Positions 32,259 through 42,994 are shown, counted from the whole stretch's first letter. The stretch: 62,323 nt of DNA, filler included, from 10 parts of 10 records of this genome joined end to end with filler, not necessarily neighbours in it, one strand, 5' to 3'. Notes: a model not told the origin generated them from the letters alone. Numbers and translations: made by a program.

Positions 32259-34439
32259 ATGGAAAACAAAAAACCTTTATACCTTAATGTTGAACAAACC
32301 GTAGATCACATCATCAAACTTTTCGGCAACGAAATAAAAATAGGCATGCCACTCGGCCTGGGGAAACCGGTGCCACTGATCAACGCCTTGTACCGGCGCG
32401 TGAAAAGCGATCCAAAGCTCAACCTTACTATTTTCACCGCCCTCTCTTTTGAGAAACCGATCCCGGCCAGCGATCTCGAACGTCGCTTCATGGGACCGTT
32501 TTTGGACCGTCATTTCGAAGGCGTGCCGGATCTGGACTACATGATCGACCTCAGGACAGAGGGACTTCCCGAGAACGTGACCATTCGTGAAATCTTCTGC
32601 AAAGCCGGCGCCTACCGTAAAGACCCGAAGATGCAACAGAACTGCATGAGCACAAACTACACGCATACGGTTCGAGACTGCGACAGTGGCTACGACAATG
32701 ACATCTTTACCCAGATTATCGCCAAAAAAGAGACCGAGAACGGTCCGGTTTACAGCACCAGCTGCAATGCGGACACCGCCCTGGAGACATTGGGCCTGTT
32801 CGAAAATTTGCAAAAAAAAGGCTTAAAGAAGCTCAGTATCGGCATGGTCAACTCAAACCTGCCTTTCATGTTGGGCGACGCAGAGGTACCGGCGGCGTCT
32901 TACGACGTCATTATTGACGACCCTGACCCCGCCATGAACTACCCGTTATTCGCCACACCGCGACAGCCTGTATCGGTGCCGGACTTCATGATCGGCCTGC
33001 ATGTCAGCACACTGATCAAGGATGGGGGCACCCTCCAGATCGGCATCGGCGCCCTGGGGGATGCCATCGCCTACGGTTTGAATCTGCGCAACAATCAGAA
33101 CGATGCCTACAAGAAGCTGATCGAAGAGAGCGGTATCGGTGCCACCTATGGCCCTCTGATCGAAAAGGTCGGCGGCACAGACACCTTCGAGGAGGGGCTT
33201 TACGGATCTACCGAGATGCTGGTGGACGGGTTCGTACAGCTTTACAAGGGCGGCGTGATCAAACGTAAAGTCTACTATCACGAAGGCGTCCAGAAATTGA
33301 TCAACGAAGGTAAGCTCAAAGATGCCATCCCATCGGACATCCTGAAGCAGATGATCGATGCAGAGACCATCCATCCCTATCTGACCGAGAAAGACTTCGA
33401 TGCGCTCCAGAATGTCGGCGTCCTCAAAGAGGGCGTCACCTATGAAAACGGCTTCATCGCCGATGGGGACAAGCGCTACTCAGCACTTCTGGCAGATGAA
33501 GCCAATCTCAAGGCCGTCAGTGAAAACTGTCTGGGCAAGGAGCTTAAAAACGGTATCGTCCTGACCGGCGCTTTCTTTCTCGGCCCCGCTGATTTCTATG
33601 AAACCTTGCGACAGATGCCGGACGAGGAGCAACGCCAGTTCGAGATGACCGGTGTCGAAGTTGCCAACCAACTGTATGGCAATGAAACCCTGAGGAGCTT
33701 GCAACGCAAAGATGGCCGTTTCTGCAATACGGGAATGAAAGCGACCCTTCTGGGACATGTCTCCTCTGACATGCTCGAAGACGGAACGGTTATCAGTGGT
33801 GTGGGCGGACAATACAACTTTGTCTCGATGGCCCACGCACTTCCCGACGGCCGCCTGGTGATGATGATCAAGGGAACCCGGCAGGAGGGTGGCAAGGCCC
33901 TCTCCAATATCGTTTACAACTATGGAAATGTGACCATTCCGCGACATCTGAAAGACATCATCGTCACTGAGTACGGCATCGCCGACCTTCGAGGCAAGTG
34001 CGACCAGGACGTGATCAAGGCGATGCTCAATGTGACCGACTCCCGCTTTCAGGAGGAGTTGTTGGCCGAGGCCAAGAAGAACAACAAGATCCCGGAAGAT
34101 TATGAGATCCCGGAGCAGTTCCGGAACAACGCACCTGAAAAGCTTGCCGCAACACTTCAAGAGTACAAGGCTCAGGGACTCTTCCCCGACTTCCCTTTTG
34201 GAACCGAGTTCACCGATGTAGAGCTGCTCATCGCCTACGCCCTCAAGGTAATGAAGGCCAAGGCCGCAAGTCCAGAAGCGGCTGAATTTCCGAACATTAT
34301 GAAAGAGTTGCCAAACGAGATCCCGGAGAACCTGATCCCCTTCATGGAGCGCATGGGGCTAACCAACCCATCGGGAGCTGAAGAGATTCAAAGCCGGAAG
34401 ATGATGATGCTGGCCTTCAAATTGGCGGGATTTTGCTAA
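32259..34439 (+). CDS. Acetyl-CoA hydrolase/transferase family protein (long form)
   Basis: PLGLGKP, DGGTLQIGIGALGDA, ISGVGGQYNFVSMAHAL, IPRHLKDIIVTEYGIADLRGK. Confidence 0.9.
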   Translation: MENKKPLYLNVEQTVDHIIKLFGNEIKIGMPLGLGKPVPLINALYRRVKSDPKLNLTIFTALSFEKPIPASDLERRFMGPFLDRHFEGVPDLDYMIDLRTEGLPENVTIREIFCKAGAYRKDPKMQQNCMSTNYTHTVRDCDSGYDNDIFTQIIAKKETENGPVYSTSCNADTALETLGLFENLQKKGLKKLSIGMVNSNLPFMLGDAEVPAASYDVIIDDPDPAMNYPLFATPRQPVSVPDFMIGLHVSTLIKDGGTLQIGIGALGDAIAYGLNLRNNQNDAYKKLIEESGIGATYGPLIEKVGGTDTFEEGLYGSTEMLVDGFVQLYKGGVIKRKVYYHEGVQKLINEGKLKDAIPSDILKQMIDAETIHPYLTEKDFDALQNVGVLKEGVTYENGFIADGDKRYSALLADEANLKAVSENCLGKELKNGIVLTGAFFLGPADFYETLRQMPDEEQRQFEMTGVEVANQLYGNETLRSLQRKDGRFCNTGMKATLLGHVSSDMLEDGTVISGVGGQYNFVSMAHALPDGRLVMMIKGTRQEGGKALSNIVYNYGNVTIPRHLKDIIVTEYGIADLRGKCDQDVIKAMLNVTDSRFQEELLAEAKKNNKIPEDYEIPEQFRNNAPEKLAATLQEYKAQGLFPDFPFGTEFTDVELLIAYALKVMKAKAASPEAAEFPNIMKELPNEIPENLIPFMERMGLTNPSGAEEIQSRKMMMLAFKLAGFC

Positions 34440-34650
34440 GCGCCTCTCCACCGGGCTGCTACGGTCAGCAGCTGCGGCAAGGGAAGCAACATAGACCGAA
34501 GAAATAATCAAGCGCCATAAACCGGCCGAACGGATCGTAACGATTCGCTCGGCCGTGTTTTTTGGTTCGTCCAAGGAGAGGACTTGACCCGGATAACTTT
34601 TGCCCGGTATGACCGTCATTGAAAATGTTACCAGAAAGATGTGCTCGCAG

Positions 34651-35422
34651 GATGGGTATGGCATTCAGTCAATATAAAACCTGCATAGGAAGCGGCATTC
34701 TTCTTTTGGCGGCCTCACTTTTGTCTGCCGACTCCGGCAACTGTGGCACTCCCGAGGAGACCCGTGAATGCGTTGTACTGCTGCATGGATTGGGCCGGAC
34801 CAGTCACTCGATGGATCATATGGCCGAAGCGTTGGAAGCGACAGGCTACCGGGTCCTGAATCCCGACTACGCCTCCCGCGAATTCCCGGTCGAGCATCTT
34901 GCCATGCAAGTGCTCCCAAAGGCGGTGCAGCAGTGCCGTGACGAAGGGTGCACAGCGATCCATTTTGTGACCCACTCCATGGGCGGCATTCTGGTCCGAT
35001 ACTACCTGTCTCAGGAGCGGCCGAAAGAGCTGGGCCGAACGGTCATGCTCAGCCCGCCCAACCAAGGCAGTGAGGTGGTCGACTACCTGCGCGACAACAT
35101 CTTCTACCGCTGGTATAACGGCCCGGCGGGTCTCCAATTAGGTACGGACAAAGAGGGCATTGCGGCACGGTTGGGGCCGGTTGATTATCCTGTCGGGATC
35201 ATCACCGGCCGGGTACACAGCTTTTTTGACGGGTGGCTTTCTGAAAAGATTCCCGGGGACGATGACGGCAAAGTCTCAGTGGAGCGCGCCAAGGTGGACG
35301 GCATGGCCGATTTTATAGCCGTAGCCCACCCCCATCCATTCATCATGGATCAAGAAGATGTCATTGACCAGGCGCTCCACTTTTTGCAATCGGGCCGGTT
35401 CTCTCACCACGGCAAAAAGTAG
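34651..35422 (+). CDS. Exported alpha/beta hydrolase (lipase/esterase-like)
   Basis: VVLLHGLGR, nucleophile elbow THSMGG, PPNQGS, DDGKVSV, H-x-FIM. Start uncertain (34619-34660). Confidence 0.85.
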
Positions 35423-35570
35423 AGCCGGCGCCACAATCTACGGGTACTAGCTGCGGAGTCTATTTCTACCNNNNNNNNNNNNNNNNNNNNNNNNNNNNNN
35501 NNNNNNNNNNNNNNTTAATTAATTAANNNNNNNNNNNNNNNNNNNNNNNNNNNNNNNNNNNNNNNNNNNN

Positions 35571-35596
35571 GCAGCCTTTCTGATCTTTCTACTCAT
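35571..35596 (-). CDS. First codons of a probable 3-hydroxyacyl-CoA dehydrogenase (FadN-like), cut by contig end
   Basis: GGAGG RBS then MSRKIRKA(A), resembling the start preceding the Rossmann motif. Only 8 codons visible. Confidence 0.4.
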
Positions 35597-35636
35597 GACT
35601 ACCTCCTGTATATGATTAATAAAATCTCAATCGACT

Positions 35637-35652
35637 ATGAATGATAATTCAT
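35637..35652. promoter_or_regulatory. Palindromic operator, TetR/FadR(YsiA)-like
   Basis: ATGAAT-GATA-ATTCAT, between a minus-strand TTGACA (35680-35685) and the ATG at 35596. Confidence 0.45.
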
Positions 35653-35970
35653 TTCTGCTTAACAGAAGGGGTTGGCCAATGTCAAGCACTTTTATTAATA
35701 TTATTTTTTTGTTAAGTCGAAAAAATCAATGTTTAATTTTTCAATAAATTTAAGTAGAAGTGTCATTTCAAAAAATAAACTCAAGCATATCGGATCCTAT
35801 GGGGATGACCGCAATACAGGTGGATGAACAAAGATTTATATGGGGAACGATAAAATCAATTTTTGAATTTCTACTCATATTTTTTCTGATATCTTGCCAT
35901 TGAAGTGATCTTTATGATAGGTATGGCCACGTCTTTAAATTGATATGAACCCAACGGACGGGAGAGATGA

Positions 35971-37023
35971 ATGGAGCCTAGCCCCCTGAAATTAGACGCA
36001 CGCCCAGCTTTGAATGTCGAACTGTTAGCCGGCTTCATCGCCGATCTGCAATATGATTCCGGTGAAATCCCCTGGCACGAGGGAGGAAAGACAGATCCCT
36101 GGGATCTTGTGGAGTCCGCCATGGGACTCAATATCGGGGGAGAATTCGATGCGTCCGAGCGGGCATTCGAGTGGATGATCGCAAACCAAAATGATAACGG
36201 CTCGTGGTTTTCTTCCTATATGGAGGGCGTGCCTGAAGATCGGACCATGGAAAGTAACATGTCCGCCTATATTGCCGTAGGGGTGTTGCACACTTGGACT
36301 ATCCGTAAGGATACGGCATTTTTAGATAAGATGTGGACCTGCGTCAGACGGGGGATTGAATATGCCCTCAGTCTTCAGACCGAACGGGGGGAGATCTACT
36401 GGGCCAAGAGCCCGACAGGCAAGGTCGACCCCATGGCGCTCTTGACCGGCTCCAGCTCCATTTTCATGAGTTTGAAATGCGCTCTCTCCATCGCCCATAT
36501 CTTAGGCGTTGCCATGCCCCACTGGGAAGACGCATGGGAGCGGCTCGGCACCACCCTTCGGGACAACCTTCATATATACAATATCAGTAAATCCCGATTT
36601 TCCATGTACTGGTTCTATCCGATTTTATCCGGTGCCCTGACCGGATATGCCGCTGAACGACGGCTCGAGAAATATTGGAAAAAGTATGTGGTGGAAGGGC
36701 AGGGGGTTCGATGTGTTTCCGACCGCCCTTGGGTCACCATGGCTGAAACATCGGAGTTTGTGCTTGCCTTGGATGCCATGGGAAGCCGTGAGATTGCCAA
36801 GATTGTCTTTTCCTGGATTCAAGAGCGTACCTATGAGGATGGGATATTCTGGTGCGGGTATACCTTTCCCGATATGGTGGTTTGGCCGGAAGAGAGGATT
36901 TCCTGGACCAACGGGGTGGCCCTCATGGCCGCAGACGCCCTTTACGGATTGACACCGGCAAGCGGGCTGTTCCGGCATGGGTCGTGGGATGGGTTTTTGT
37001 TTACGGGAATTTCAGGGATTTGA
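35971..37023 (+). CDS. Prenyltransferase/squalene-cyclase-like (alpha/alpha)-barrel protein
   Basis: QW-like repeats (LQYDSGEIPW, NQNDNGSW, LQTERGEIYW); DPWDLVESAMGL, FSMYWFYPIL, VSDRPWVTMAET. Confidence 0.7.
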   Translation: MEPSPLKLDARPALNVELLAGFIADLQYDSGEIPWHEGGKTDPWDLVESAMGLNIGGEFDASERAFEWMIANQNDNGSWFSSYMEGVPEDRTMESNMSAYIAVGVLHTWTIRKDTAFLDKMWTCVRRGIEYALSLQTERGEIYWAKSPTGKVDPMALLTGSSSIFMSLKCALSIAHILGVAMPHWEDAWERLGTTLRDNLHIYNISKSRFSMYWFYPILSGALTGYAAERRLEKYWKKYVVEGQGVRCVSDRPWVTMAETSEFVLALDAMGSREIAKIVFSWIQERTYEDGIFWCGYTFPDMVVWPEERISWTNGVALMAADALYGLTPASGLFRHGSWDGFLFTGISGI

Positions 37024-37028
37024 TTTAA

Positions 37029-37751
37029 ATGAGGCGGGATCATCGACCATACTTCATCAAGAAGATCTGGTTCGCTTCATTGAAGTTCTATGTACGGCAT
37101 TATCTGGCGCCCCAGTTGGAAGCGCTGGGTGCCAACTCCTATGTGGTGAAACCGTGGCATGTGGAGATCTTCGGAGAGCCCATCTCCATTGGAGATAACA
37201 TCACATTACTGGCGGCTTCGGACAAGAGAACACGGCTCACGGTCTGGTCGGACAAGCAGGATATCCCCGGCATCCGTATCGGGGATCATGTGTTGATATC
37301 ACCCGGGGTGAGGATCAGCGCGGCGCAGGAAATCGTCATCGGCGATAATTGTATGATTGCAAGCTCCGCCTACATCACCGATTCCGATTGGCACGGTATT
37401 TACGATCGAAGTCTGCCGCCGGAGACGGCCTCTCCGGTGAGGCTGGACCCCAATGTTTGGATTGGAGACAGCGCCATTATATGCAAGGGGGTGACCATTG
37501 GGGAAAACAGCATTGTGGGGGCAGGGGCGGTGGTGTCATCGGATATTCCTCCCAATGTGATTGCGGTGGGGAATCCGGCTAAAGTGGTGAAGGCGCTGGA
37601 TCCGAACCGGCCCATCACCACACGAAAAGACCGATTCGGAGATACGGATCTGGTGAATTTGAATCTGGATTTACAAGAAAAAGCGCTACTTAAAGAAAAC
37701 ACGTTACTGGGATGGCTCCGCCATTTAATCAAACCGTCAAAAAAAGATTAG
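37029..37751 (+). CDS. Left-handed beta-helix (hexapeptide) acyltransferase
   Basis: IGDNCMIA, ITDSDWH, VWIG...KGVTIGENSIVGAGAVV..DIP...GNPAKV. Confidence 0.9.
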   Translation: MRRDHRPYFIKKIWFASLKFYVRHYLAPQLEALGANSYVVKPWHVEIFGEPISIGDNITLLAASDKRTRLTVWSDKQDIPGIRIGDHVLISPGVRISAAQEIVIGDNCMIASSAYITDSDWHGIYDRSLPPETASPVRLDPNVWIGDSAIICKGVTIGENSIVGAGAVVSSDIPPNVIAVGNPAKVVKALDPNRPITTRKDRFGDTDLVNLNLDLQEKALLKENTLLGWLRHLIKPSKKD

Positions 37752-37755
37752 AAAA

Positions 37756-38703
37756 TTAATTCATTCCCGGGTTGATTCCTGATTTGTTTAAATTGAGAAA
37801 GGGAAGGGGAGAGGCGGCATTGGGATCGATGATGAACATGTGATTTCCCTTTTGCAGCTCGGTCAATGCCTTCATGCTTTCCAGTTTGATGTAGCCGTCG
37901 ATTCCCACGGCATTGATAATCTTTCTTTTCGCTTCCGCTTCTGCTTCCGCTTTTACCAGGACCGCTTGGGCATCGATCCTTGCCGCTTCCAGTTTGGCAT
38001 TTGCGGCAATCAGCAAGACCTCTTTCTTTTTCTTGGCTTTAATGATCTCGGCCCGCCTTTCCGCTTCGGCCTGTGCTTCTTTTCGCTCCTGATCCACCTT
38101 GAATTTCTTCAGCTCTTCCTTGGCTTTTTCAGCTGCCTGGGCCGCCTCTTTTTTTCTCACCACGGCATCGGTGATGATTTTGGGTAGAATCACGTCCCGG
38201 ATCAACAATTTGTCAATCTTGATCCCTTTTTCCCCCAGGGGGCGCATGCCGCTTAGAAGTTCCATCTGTATCCGTTGCTGTACTTCCTGGTCATAAAACA
38301 TCTCGGCTGTGGCAACGCTTTTTCCCAATTCCCGCATTTGGCTGCGCAAAAGCGGAATCATGTGTACCTCGATGACTTCCTCAGGCGTGCCGGTCTCCAT
38401 AAGCATGGAGGGTGCCTTTTCCTTGATCAGACGATACTGAATGGAGATGTCGAACCGGGTCAACAGCTGATCCCGACTGGGAACCGCCATGGACTCTTTG
38501 TGGGTTTTTTGTCTGCCGTCAAACCACCAGATTTCCAGCAAGGGATTGATAAGGTGGAGTCCTTCCGAGTAAACATCCTGTTTCACTTTTCCAAAAAGTG
38601 TTGCCACGCCGACGTATCCGGCAGGAACGGTCAAAAGGCAGCTTTTCACCACTATAAATAGTACAACGCCGATTAAAACAACTAAAACAATTGTCTTTTT
38701 CAT
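37756..38703 (-). CDS. Prohibitin/SPFH family membrane protein
   Basis: N-terminal TM, VPAGYVGV..LFG..EGLHLINP, Ala/Glu/Lys coiled coil. Confidence 0.88.
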   Translation of the reverse strand: MKKTIVLVVLIGVVLFIVVKSCLLTVPAGYVGVATLFGKVKQDVYSEGLHLINPLLEIWWFDGRQKTHKESMAVPSRDQLLTRFDISIQYRLIKEKAPSMLMETGTPEEVIEVHMIPLLRSQMRELGKSVATAEMFYDQEVQQRIQMELLSGMRPLGEKGIKIDKLLIRDVILPKIITDAVVRKKEAAQAAEKAKEELKKFKVDQERKEAQAEAERRAEIIKAKKKKEVLLIAANAKLEAARIDAQAVLVKAEAEAEAKRKIINAVGIDGYIKLESMKALTELQKGNHMFIIDPNAASPLPFLNLNKSGINPGMN

Positions 38704-38983
38704 GCTTCGTCCTCCGGGGGGGTCGTTTGAAGGGTTTTTTCAGTTACCAACGCGTGATCTTCTTTACCCATTTTGCCTCCTTTCATGGAATCGGCAGAGT
38801 TGACATTCAGTATAGAAATCTCGGGCTTGGAAGTCAAATGAGTGTTGCGGATATTTTCATGGCGGCTATTTCAAAAAATGTTTGTGAAAATATATTTGGG
38901 GGTGTCTCAAATTTGTCTCTACGGTCAACATTACATAAAATCAACAGATGTGAGACTCATCATATATTTTTTATATCAACAAT

Positions 38984-39010
38984 TAATTTTTTTTGATGGT
39001 CAGCCGATAG
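38984..39010 (+). promoter_or_regulatory. Candidate sigma28 promoter
   Basis: TAAT-N15-GCCGATAG upstream of 39173. Confidence 0.55.
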
Positions 39011-39172
39011 GAATATCAATACCTGCGTTTTCTCAACCGATGCATGGAGGCATTGTCTAAAAAAGCACCCATGGCAGAGCGTCTATTCCGGTATTTATCC
39101 TAAAAACCAAAAAGCAAAACTTTGCGTATTGATCCAGAATGTAAATCCATGACCGATTGAACAGGGGGATCT

Positions 39173-40378
39173 ATGAAAATCACATCATCCAATATTTCGT
39201 TTCAGACAGACCGAAGCTATGAAAAAAAACGGTTTTCAGCCCGGACGATTGAACGTATGGAAAACCGGATTTCACTGACACCGCAGTCTCCGGACACGCT
39301 GAAAAATGGCGTCGAAACGGAATGGGGAGGAAACGGGAAGAGCGCCGATGACACCTCTTTGTTTTTCAAGGTAGCTGACTTGGCTGCGCCGAATGTGGAA
39401 AACGTGATCGGGGACGATCCGAAACTTGCCGTCATGAAGCGAATGATCGAGACGCTGACAGGGAAAAAAATCAAACTCAGTCAAATATCGGAAGGGACCC
39501 CGGAAGCACAAGAGAAGAGTGGAAGTGCGCGTCGGCGGTATTGGAGAGAAGACAACTCCCTGAATACCATTCTTTCAACAAGGCTGAATCGATTTCCTCC
39601 CAACTCCTCTCTTTTCAGTGTGAATAGTCCGGCCTCACTTTCCATTCGATTGGATGAAACAGGGCGTCAATCATTGAAACGCGTTGACCTTTCAGATATT
39701 GAAATTCCGGCTCAAAAAATGCGTATCACCGAAGTCAACTCATTATATGAAGCCGAGCATACCCGGTTTGCCGGCCAAGGGACGGTTAAAACGGCAGACG
39801 GAAAAACCATCAACTTTGCACTCGATTTGGATATGTCCCGGGAATACTACGAGGAAGAGCGTACCCAAATGACCGGGGAGGCGGTTCTGGTGGATCCCCT
39901 TGTGGTCAACTTCGGCGGAACCGCTGCCGATCTTACCGATGTTCGATTCAAATTCGATCTGGATTCCGATGGTCAAGAGGAAGAGATTCCATGGCTTTCA
40001 TCCGGAAGCGGTTTCCTGGCGTTTGATAGAAATGAAGATGGGGTTGTCAACGACGGATCGGAACTGTTCGGCCCCCAAAGCGGAAACGGATTTGATGATC
40101 TGGCAGAGTTGGACGATGATGGGAACGGCTGGATCGATGAAAACGATTCTTCATTTGAAAAGCTGGCGGTCTGGTCCGGTGAGAGTCCCGAGGATGCAAC
40201 GTTGCAATCCTTGAAAGAGGCGGGAGTGGGAGCCATCTATCTTTCCAATGCCGACACGCTCTTTTCAGTCAATGATGTGGAGACCAACGAAACCAAAGGA
40301 CAGATTCGGCGTACCGGTATTTATCTCAGTGAAGAAGGGAAGGCCGGCACGATTCAGCAGTTGGACCTATCTGTTTGA
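39173..40378 (+). CDS. Conserved hypothetical protein with DxDxDG calcium-binding loops
   Basis: GTVKTADGKTINF, DPLVVNF, FDLDSDG, FDRNEDGVVNDGSELFG, DDDGNGWIDE, GAIYL; no Sec signal. Confidence 0.75.
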   Translation: MKITSSNISFQTDRSYEKKRFSARTIERMENRISLTPQSPDTLKNGVETEWGGNGKSADDTSLFFKVADLAAPNVENVIGDDPKLAVMKRMIETLTGKKIKLSQISEGTPEAQEKSGSARRRYWREDNSLNTILSTRLNRFPPNSSLFSVNSPASLSIRLDETGRQSLKRVDLSDIEIPAQKMRITEVNSLYEAEHTRFAGQGTVKTADGKTINFALDLDMSREYYEEERTQMTGEAVLVDPLVVNFGGTAADLTDVRFKFDLDSDGQEEEIPWLSSGSGFLAFDRNEDGVVNDGSELFGPQSGNGFDDLAELDDDGNGWIDENDSSFEKLAVWSGESPEDATLQSLKEAGVGAIYLSNADTLFSVNDVETNETKGQIRRTGIYLSEEGKAGTIQQLDLSV

Positions 40379-40418
40379 GGGCACCTAGTTTTTTCAACCG
40401 ATCGTCGAGGGCGAACCG

Positions 40419-41792
40419 TTAGACAAACTGTCCGTGAAGGGCTTTCATGGTTTTTTCCAAGTCCTTCTCGTTGACGAGGAAATAAAGCGCGGCTTTGGAC
40501 GGACCGAATGAGATCATTTCAATGTTTACATTGACCTCCGAAACCGCTGTGAAGCATTTTGCGGCAATTCCCTGATGACAGTGCAGCCCGTCACCCACCA
40601 CACTGATCAGTGCCCAATCGGTTATTTTCTCGGATTCTCTGTAAAGGCGCGGGGTCATGGTTTCAATCACGGTATGTGCCCGGTCAATGTCCTTCCTGGA
40701 AAGAAGCAGGCTGATACAGGTCTGGGACGTTACCACGGATTTAATATTGATGCCGTCATCTGAAACGGCGCCGGCGATATGGGCCAAAATGCCGTGACGA
40801 ACCCCGACACCGGAGGCATAGACTTTCAGTACGGCAATATCCTTTGAGTGGGAAACGCTTTTGATTATGTTTTCCGTGCAGACGGCCTGTTCGGAAATTA
40901 AGCTGCCCGGACCGTCAGGGTTCAAAGTGTTTTTAATGGCAATGCTGATGCCGGATTTCCGTACCGGTTCCACTGTCCTCGGGTGAAGAATGGATGCACC
41001 GGAGTAGGCCAGCTCCGATGCTTCATCATAGCTGAGAAGAGAGATGAGCTCCGCTTCGGGAATGACCACCGGGTCGGCTGTCAGGAACCCTTCCGTATCT
41101 TTCCAGATTTCCAGAATATCGGCTTGCAAAGATGCGGCAACAACAGCGGCGGAGTAGTCGCTACCGCCTCGACCGAATGTGGTGATCTCACCGGCCCGGC
41201 TGATACCGAAAAATCCCGGTACAAACAGTATGGTCTCCTCCGTCATGAGGGGGCGAATGGTTTTTTCCAGGTTGGCGGATGTCACCGGTATGTTGGCTGT
41301 TGCATCGCCATGTCTGCCGTCGGTGACAATACCGGCCGCTTCCGGCATGATGGTCAGTGCCTTTTCCCCACGGCTCTTCAACGCGTTGGCCAGCAGAATG
41401 ACGGATAGACGTTCGCCGTAACTGATGATGATATCCTTCATCCTCGGCGTAATTTCCCTGGTGAAGTTGATGCCGTAATAATAGCGCTCCAGCGTCAGAA
41501 AGTGGGCATCCAACGTCTTTTTCAAGGCGTTGAAATGGGAGTCGTCTGAAATGATTGCCCGGGCGGTTAACAGATGGGCCTGCCGGATGTCATGGATAAT
41601 CGAGGGGATATGCGCTTCATCTTCCATGGCAGCCTGGATGCCGTTCATCAATTTATCCGTAATTCTGGAAAGCGCGGATAAAACAAAAATATCTCCCCGG
41701 CCTCTTTGAGCGATGAGCGCTACAATGCTTGATACGACCGCTTCCCCTTTTAAACAACCGCCACCGATTTTAATTACTTTCATGGTTGACAC
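40419..41792 (-). CDS. lysC: Aspartate kinase
   Basis: VIKIGG, SYGERLS, TTFGRGGSDYSA, TADP, ILHPRT, two ACT domains. Confidence 0.93.
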   Translation of the reverse strand: MSTMKVIKIGGGCLKGEAVVSSIVALIAQRGRGDIFVLSALSRITDKLMNGIQAAMEDEAHIPSIIHDIRQAHLLTARAIISDDSHFNALKKTLDAHFLTLERYYYGINFTREITPRMKDIIISYGERLSVILLANALKSRGEKALTIMPEAAGIVTDGRHGDATANIPVTSANLEKTIRPLMTEETILFVPGFFGISRAGEITTFGRGGSDYSAAVVAASLQADILEIWKDTEGFLTADPVVIPEAELISLLSYDEASELAYSGASILHPRTVEPVRKSGISIAIKNTLNPDGPGSLISEQAVCTENIIKSVSHSKDIAVLKVYASGVGVRHGILAHIAGAVSDDGINIKSVVTSQTCISLLLSRKDIDRAHTVIETMTPRLYRESEKITDWALISVVGDGLHCHQGIAAKCFTAVSEVNVNIEMISFGPSKAALYFLVNEKDLEKTMKALHGQFV

Positions 41793-41841
41793 TCCCCTCT
41801 GTTGTTTTCTTCAAGCTCCCCTTCAACACATTTCAAACGCA

Positions 41842-41875
41842 AAAAGGCTTCCAAATATAATTTTGGAAGCCTTTT
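41842..41875 (-). terminator. Intrinsic terminator downstream of tRNA
   Basis: AAAAGGCTTCCAAA-loop-TTTGGAAGCCTTTT. Confidence 0.75.
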
Positions 41876-41903
41876 GTAACGACTGAATATTTATGACTTT
41901 AAA

Positions 41904-41944
41904 TGGTGCCCGAGACAGAATCGAACTGCTGACACGGGGATTTT
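41904..41944 (-). tRNA. tRNA 3' half, probably tRNA-Phe (cut by contig end)
   Basis: Minus strand AAAATCCCCGTGTCAGCAGTTCGATTCTGTCTCGGGCACCA: TTCGA T-loop, CCA end, Phe-like context. Anticodon only partly present. Confidence 0.75.
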
Positions 41945-42894
41945 NNNNNNNNNNNNNNNNNNNNNNNNNNNNNNNNNNNNNNNNNNNNTTAATTAATTAA
42001 NNNNNNNNNNNNNNNNNNNNNNNNNNNNNNNNNNNNNNNNNNNNCAATGAGGTCAAAGAATCTGAGACTTAGCACCATGCCAGAAAGTCCTTCTGAAAAG
42101 TCCCACAAGCTACCGTGGTCAGAAGCCACGGGAACCGAATCTTTCGAGGTGGAGCTATTCCGCCCTCAAATTTAAGATATCATTACGATCCTGACCGGAT
42201 CAAGAACATTGTGAAGCAATCACACTTATTGCACCCAGGGTGTAATAAGTCCTCTCCCATGCCCCTACCCAAACGGCGGATTTTGCAAAATTAGCACTTT
42301 TCAAAAAACTGGTAAGTGCTGGCCGTGAACACTCCGATACCCGCACCTGATACGATTCTGGCCGGTGGTAGTTTTTCGGATTTCAAATCCAGAAACTATT
42401 CGATATGGAGACGGGCGCAGTTTTGCGCCGGTTGAAGTGTGGTACCTGGCAGGGGTGGAAATCAGTTTCCTATCCCCTCTTTTTTGAATGAGAGGGTCGG
42501 GGATCTCATCATTGAAGGAGCCCCCCTCCAACTGCTCGGTAGATTTTTACCGGATGGTATCGATGCTCTCCAAATCTGGATAATGCCGTGATCACCGGAT
42601 CATGTGGCCGTGGGTCCTCCCTGTGTGATCCGTTCGGATGGTCGAGCATATGCAATGGGCAAAGCTACCCCCATGCATGAGCATCATACCCACGGGCCGG
42701 AGAAGTGAAGCTCAATGGCCTGCCGATCCACAGCACCCAGACCATCAAATCCGCGGAATCCGAGTTTTTCCCTTTCCTGCTCGGTATCCCCATGGTGGTG
42801 GTTGTTAGAGTTTAAAATCGGTCAAGATGGCTGTCAATGAAGGAAAGTAGGTGGTGACCGGGCTCAATGGTGCTTGAAAACCAAAGGGTGGGGA

Positions 42895-42994
42895 TCGCAC
42901 CCCCTACAACCGGCTTACCCCTCAGTCCCAGGTTATCCCGCTGCTCAACCGAGGCGTAGAACGCATCCATGTCTATATGAATTATCTTCCGCAT
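42895..42994 (-). pseudogene. dinB: DNA polymerase IV 5' remnant
   Basis: [30 protein letters not shown], then similarity is lost and a stop follows at 42812. Confidence 0.85.
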
